Positions 59,419 through 64,000 of a stretch of 64,000 nucleotides of DNA are shown here, piece after piece. The position numbers were made by a program, and so were the translations under genes. The notes beneath the pieces are model-generated. The model did not search any database, was not told the DNA's origin, and worked only from the letters and a program-made list of their open reading frames with translations. The stretch covers positions 26,580 through 90,579 of the forward strand of contig JAQUSU010000002.1 in NCBI GenBank assembly GCA_028710085.1. Reading direction: 5' to 3'. Each line of letters opens with the position of its first letter. The stretch's first letter is position 1. This DNA comes from Anaerotignum sp. GTDB taxonomy: Bacteria; Bacillota; Clostridia; Lachnospirales; Anaerotignaceae.

Positions 59419-60089
59419 AAATTTCCTCCTATCTTATATCCGATTCCCCGCACCGTTTCAATATATTGCCCGCAATCACCTAACTTTTGGCGCAGCGTTC
59501 TTATATGCACATCAATGGTACGGTTTTCTCCATCAAACCCATACCCCCAAATACGATTCAACAATTGATCTCTTGTCATAACTCTACCTTTGTTTTCCAA
59601 AAGCAAACAAAGCAGTTCAAATTCCTTTAACGTAAGTATCACTTCTTTTCCGTCAACCATTACTTCATGGCGTGATTGGCTGACAGACAACTCCCCAAGT
59701 ACATATTCTGCAATCTCTTCCTCCTTTTCAGCACGACGCAACAGGGCTTTTACACGGGCAAGCAATTCCATCATACCAAAAGGCTTTGCCACATAATCAT
59801 CGGCGCCGCTGTCTAACCCCATCACCTTGTCATATTCGCTTCCCCTTGCCGTAAGCAATATGACGGGAGTTTTTTTCGTTTTTGAGGATGCTCGAAGTTT
59901 TTTTAGAATACTAATTCCATCATCCTCAGGCAGCATAATATCCAACAATATCAAGGAGGGGATTTCTTTTTCCATGGCATCCCAAAAAGCAGAAGGCTTT
60001 TCAAATCCTTCCGCATCAAAACCCGCACTGTGTAAAGTGTACGCAACTAACTCTCGAATACTGTTGTCATCCTCAACCAAATATATCAA
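59415..60089 (-). CDS. phoP: OmpR-family response regulator (PhoP/PhoB)
   Basis: VEDD, LDIMLP, LTA, GADDY..KPF, LT.KEFELL, R..DVHI..LR.K, ETVRG.GY; probable TTG start after AAGGA. Confidence 0.85.
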   Translation of the reverse strand: MIYLVEDDNSIRELVAYTLHSAGFDAEGFEKPSAFWDAMEKEIPSLILLDIMLPEDDGISILKKLRASSKTKKTPVILLTARGSEYDKVMGLDSGADDYVAKPFGMMELLARVKALLRRAEKEEEIAEYVLGELSVSQSRHEVMVDGKEVILTLKEFELLCLLLENKGRVMTRDQLLNRIWGYGFDGENRTIDVHIRTLRQKLGDCGQYIETVRGIGYKIGGNL

Positions 60090-60103
60090 AGCATAACATC
60101 CTT

Positions 60104-60763
60104 TCAAATTAAAGACTGTTCGTTTATCATCAGCTTAAAGCACAAGTTCAGTTTTTCTGCCGCTTTCCGACACATAATCATACGTCCTAAAAATATTTCA
60201 AAATAGTCCATAACAGAGCCATAGCGTGTATCAACCGTCAGCTTCAGCTTAATGATTGTGTGCTCTTCATTGATTTTTAAAACCGCTTTTTTTACGGAAT
60301 AATTTACCCTATCATGAATATCAAAGGTGGTTTTATCCTCATTTCTCACGCGGCTTCTACGAACATCGGATTTATCCGCCAAAATCAACGCTGCCGCAAT
60401 GGCATTTACAGAAATACCTGTACCCTCATCATGATTTCCGATTGCAGTTACAATCGTAGCAATATCCTCCGGCAGCATATCCAAATTATCAAGAATACGA
60501 AACGCCATAACCGCTCCACTTTGGGAATGGTCAACACGGTTTACCAAATTTCCGATATCATGTAAATATCCGGCAATTTGCCCCAGTTCCACTTCATGGG
60601 GTGAATAACCCAGTGTTCTCAAAATGTATTCTACCGACTCCGCAACCTTAGTAACATGAGCAAAGGAGTGCTCCGTATAGCCCAATGCTGCCAAGGATTC
60701 GTCCGCCTTTTTAATATAGGTGCGGATTCCTTCATCTTTCCTTATTTCTTCGTATGTTATCAT
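60104..60763 (-). CDS. HD-domain phosphohydrolase
   Basis: EH...H, LHDIGN, H, NHD, LILADKSD; ATGA overlap with phoU. Confidence 0.85.
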   Translation of the reverse strand: MITYEEIRKDEGIRTYIKKADESLAALGYTEHSFAHVTKVAESVEYILRTLGYSPHEVELGQIAGYLHDIGNLVNRVDHSQSGAVMAFRILDNLDMLPEDIATIVTAIGNHDEGTGISVNAIAAALILADKSDVRRSRVRNEDKTTFDIHDRVNYSVKKAVLKINEEHTIIKLKLTVDTRYGSVMDYFEIFLGRMIMCRKAAEKLNLCFKLMINEQSLI

Positions 60764-61428
60764 TTATTCCCTTCTTCCATTCCCATTTTTGCATGTCCTC
60801 CGGTTATGGAATATTCAACCCACTCAGCAATATTTGTGGCATGGTCGCCGATACGTTCAAGGTATTTTGCAATCATAATTAAATCAATACAAAATTCCCC
60901 GTTTGCCTTATCTTTACCGATTAAGTCAATCAATTCCTGCTTAACCTCAACAAACAAATTATCCAAAACATCATCATATTCCATAACGCTTTTTGCCAGC
61001 TTCATATCCTTATTTACAAAGGAGTCTACGCTTTCCGTTACCATTTTTATTGCTGCAATCCCCATATCCCGAATATGCACTTTACTTTTTGTATCATTGT
61101 CCTTTAAAAAAGCTGTTATTTCTGCAATATCCGCCGCCTGATCCCCAATACGCTCCATATCGGAAATCATCTTTAATGCGGAAGATATTAGGCGCAAGTC
61201 CCTTGCAACAGGCTGTTGTTGAAGCAAAAGGCGCATACATAAGCCTTCAATTTCTCTTTCCTTGCGGTCAATTTCATTTTCTTTTTCAGATGCTATCTGC
61301 GCGGCAACATCGTCATTTTCCGAAAACGCTTTCATCGCAGCATTAATGGCCTCTTCGCATAAAGCACCCATTTTTATCATCTCTATATCTAATTGTTCTA
61401 ACTGTGAATCAAAACGACTTCTAACCAT
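60760..61428 (-). CDS. phoU: Phosphate signalling protein PhoU
   Basis: QQPVARDLR, D.ERIGD, YLERIGDHATNIAEWV. Confidence 0.95.
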   Translation of the reverse strand: MVRSRFDSQLEQLDIEMIKMGALCEEAINAAMKAFSENDDVAAQIASEKENEIDRKEREIEGLCMRLLLQQQPVARDLRLISSALKMISDMERIGDQAADIAEITAFLKDNDTKSKVHIRDMGIAAIKMVTESVDSFVNKDMKLAKSVMEYDDVLDNLFVEVKQELIDLIGKDKANGEFCIDLIMIAKYLERIGDHATNIAEWVEYSITGGHAKMGMEEGNK

Positions 61429-61430
61429 AA

Positions 61431-62180
61431 TCAGCCAAACCTCCCTGTGATATAATCCTCTGTACGTTTATCCTTTGGCATTGAAAAGAGCTCTTCTGTC
61501 TTATCAAATTCAACTACTTCGCCTAAAAGGAAAAAGGCTGTATTATCTGAAATACGCGCTGCCTGTTGCATGTTGTGCGTAACCATAACAATAGTGTACT
61601 CCTTTTTCAATTCTAAGGCAAGGTCTTCAATGCGGGATGTGGAAATAGGATCTAAGGCACTGGTGGGTTCATCCATAAGTAAAACCTCAGGCTGCACCGC
61701 CAAAGCACGGGCAATGCAAAGTCTTTGCTGCTGACCGCCGCTCATTCCCAATGCATTCTTTTTTAAACGATCCTTTACTTCCTCCCAAATCGCTGCATCA
61801 CGAAGTGCTTTTTCCACCATTTCGTCCAGCTTCACCTTGGAGCGAACGCCATGGGTGCGCGGGCCAAAGGCAACATTATCGTAAATCGTCATAGGAAATG
61901 GATTTGGCTTTTGAAACACCATGCCTACCCTTTTGCGTAAAAGGTTAATATCCATGCCTCTATAAATATCTTCTCCGTCCAACAAAACCGTTCCTGTGAT
62001 TTTGCAGCCCTCTATCAAATCATTCATACGGTTTAAGGATTTTAATAATGTAGATTTTCCACAACCGGAAGGCCCAATAAATGCCGTAATTTCATTTTCA
62101 GGAACCTCTAAATTTACATCCTTTAATGCTTTAAAAGTATCATAATACAATTCCAAATCGGAAATGGATATTTTGCTCAT
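61431..62180 (-). CDS. pstB: Phosphate ABC transporter ATPase
   Basis: [56 protein letters not shown]. Confidence 0.96.
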   Translation of the reverse strand: MSKISISDLELYYDTFKALKDVNLEVPENEITAFIGPSGCGKSTLLKSLNRMNDLIEGCKITGTVLLDGEDIYRGMDINLLRKRVGMVFQKPNPFPMTIYDNVAFGPRTHGVRSKVKLDEMVEKALRDAAIWEEVKDRLKKNALGMSGGQQQRLCIARALAVQPEVLLMDEPTSALDPISTSRIEDLALELKKEYTIVMVTHNMQQAARISDNTAFFLLGEVVEFDKTEELFSMPKDKRTEDYITGRFG

Positions 62181-63049
62181 TCCTTTACCCCTACTTTCTT
62201 TGCAATAAACGCTGAAAGCGTATTAATACCAATTACCAAAACCAATAAAACAACCGCCGTTGCATATGCTTGATTGATATAAAAGCCTTCATTTAAGAGG
62301 GCATACATATGCACCGCCAAGGTTCTGCCTGATTGCATAACACTGCCGGGTACAACAGTGGCTGTGCCTGCAGGATACAACAGGGCTGCGGTTTCACCAA
62401 CGATACGCCCTATGGCTAAAATTACACCCGATAATATCCCCGGAACCGCAGAAGGCAAAACAATACGAAATACCGTTCTCAGCTTTCCTGCCCCAAGGCC
62501 AAAGCTACCCTCACGAAACGCATCGGAAACGGAAAGCAAAGCCTCCTCCGTGGTACGCATAATCAAAGGCAAAATCATAATTGACAGCGTTAATGCACCA
62601 CCTAAAATGCTGTATCCCCATCCAAAATGAATATTAAACAAAAGATATCCAAATAAGCCGAATACAATAGAAGGAATACCCGCTAAGGTTTCTGTTGTCA
62701 AGCGAACCACAGGGATTAGGCGGTTTTCTTTTTTTGCATACTCCGCCAAATAAATTGCGGAAAAAATACCGATAGGCACTGCAAAAATTAAGGAAAGCAA
62801 CGTAATGGTAATGGTATTGATAATGGCAGGCATCATGGAAACATTATCAGTGTTGTATTCCCATTCAAACAGCTCCGGCGTAATGTTGGGCACACCCTTT
62901 ATAATAATGTAAGCAATTAAAGAAATTAAAACACCCACCGTTATGACCGCTGATAAAATAACCAAAAGTAAGAGTAAAGCGGAAAACGGATCTTTTTTAT
63001 AGCCTTTTATTTTTTCTTTCCATGTGATTTTATTCATTGCTTCCATCAT
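62177..63049 (-). CDS. pstA: Phosphate ABC transporter permease
   Basis: [42 protein letters not shown]. Confidence 0.93.
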   Translation of the reverse strand: MMEAMNKITWKEKIKGYKKDPFSALLLLLVILSAVITVGVLISLIAYIIIKGVPNITPELFEWEYNTDNVSMMPAIINTITITLLSLIFAVPIGIFSAIYLAEYAKKENRLIPVVRLTTETLAGIPSIVFGLFGYLLFNIHFGWGYSILGGALTLSIMILPLIMRTTEEALLSVSDAFREGSFGLGAGKLRTVFRIVLPSAVPGILSGVILAIGRIVGETAALLYPAGTATVVPGSVMQSGRTLAVHMYALLNEGFYINQAYATAVVLLVLVIGINTLSAFIAKKVGVKE

Positions 63050-63885
63050 ATGTTCCTCCTTTTTAAGAAGGCGAAGCTAAGATTTATGATCAAAATAAAC
63101 ACAAACAGAACGACTGCCGTGCCCAAAAGGGCCTCTCTATGCAAATCCGTCGCATAGCCCATTTCCATAACAATATTCGCTGTCAAAGTTCTTACGCCGC
63201 TAAATATTCCCGAAGGAATCATTGCCTGATTGCCGGCAACCATAATTACCGCCATGGTTTCCCCAATGGCACGGCCAATTCCCAAAATTACCCCTGCAAA
63301 AATGCCTTGCTTTGCCGCAGGTAACACGGTAAAAAACACACTTCTTTCGTGGCTGATTCCCAACGCCAGTGCGCCTTCATAATAGATATTTGGCACAGCG
63401 CGAATTGCCGCCTCCGAAACCCCAATCACCGTTGGTAAAATCATAACTCCCAAAAGAACCGATGCCGTCAGAACGCCCTTACCGCTCCCGCCGAATAAAT
63501 TTTGCATAAACGGTACAAGCACAACCAAACCAAAGAAGCCATATACAATAGAGGGGATGCCTGCCAGAAGCTCAATGGCTGGCTTAATCATTTTATAAAG
63601 CTTTTTCGGGCAAAAATGTGCCAAAAAGCCTGCACATAGAACCCCCATGGGTACACCGATAATAATTGCCCCTGCTGTAACATAAATGCTTCCGATAATC
63701 ATAGGGAAGATACCGTACGAATTATTGGAGGGTTTCCATTTTGTTCCTGCAAGGAATTGAAAAACGCCAATTTCCTGAATTGCCGGCACGCCGTTTGCAA
63801 ACAGGAATAAACATATTAATGCTACTGCAAAAATGGAGATACTGGCAGCAGCTAAGAAAACCCATTGCATTGCCTTTTCTTTCAT
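63046..63885 (-). CDS. pstC: Phosphate ABC transporter permease
   Basis: W.P...[30 protein letters not shown]; GAGGAGG RBS before MKEKA. Confidence 0.93.
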   Translation of the reverse strand: MKEKAMQWVFLAAASISIFAVALICLFLFANGVPAIQEIGVFQFLAGTKWKPSNNSYGIFPMIIGSIYVTAGAIIIGVPMGVLCAGFLAHFCPKKLYKMIKPAIELLAGIPSIVYGFFGLVVLVPFMQNLFGGSGKGVLTASVLLGVMILPTVIGVSEAAIRAVPNIYYEGALALGISHERSVFFTVLPAAKQGIFAGVILGIGRAIGETMAVIMVAGNQAMIPSGIFSGVRTLTANIVMEMGYATDLHREALLGTAVVLFVFILIINLSFAFLKRRNI

Positions 63886-64000
63886 ATAAGTCCTCCTCGA
63901 GCGCAAAAGGGAATGATCCTTTTTTGTAATCCATAAAAAGCTTCTGTTTTACACGAACCACCCTTCTTTATCCTTTGATGCACATTGTTTTATCTATAGA

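Noticed and set aside
2207-63961. Many 60-220 aa ORFs antisense to or out of frame within called genes
   Set aside because: Shadow ORFs without RBS or recognisable motifs

Overview
Core-chromosome window from a low-GC Clostridia bacterium. The lcdC-lcdA-lcdB-pct acrylate-pathway operon closely resembles the proteins I recall from Anaerotignum (Clostridium) propionicum, so the source is probably an Anaerotignum relative. Content in order: SRPBCC gene end and a DJ-1/PfpI pseudogene remnant; polA-coaE-lytic transglycosylase-orphan OppA-GalT-like operon; NMT1/SsuA-type binding protein; Re-citrate synthase-aconitase-isocitrate dehydrogenase; SLH-CAP surface protein; lcdCAB-pct; zapA-U32-ftsW-PBP; P-loop ATPase plus four-subunit 2-oxoacid:ferredoxin oxidoreductase; glutamine synthetase III; a small LexA-box-preceded gene; a ~15.5 kb GntR-linked sugar-acid catabolic island (Zn-dehydrogenase, dgoD, gntK, TRAP, dgoK, two aldolases, two 2-hydroxyacid dehydrogenases, gnd, AEC carrier, KduD/IdnO-like SDR); nadABC; YibE/F protein; group B [FeFe]-hydrogenase with an ECF S-component; pstCAB-phoU-HD-phoPR. 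I saw no tRNA, rRNA, CRISPR array or transposase. Best leads: the standalone SOS-type small gene, the composite sugar-acid pathway, a multi-hairpin MITE-like repeat (2 full copies and 1 deleted copy), a structured RNA hiding the SDR RBS, a terminator inside the hydrogenase leader, and direct repeats bracketing the lcd-pct cassette. All product calls come from motif recognition, not database searches.
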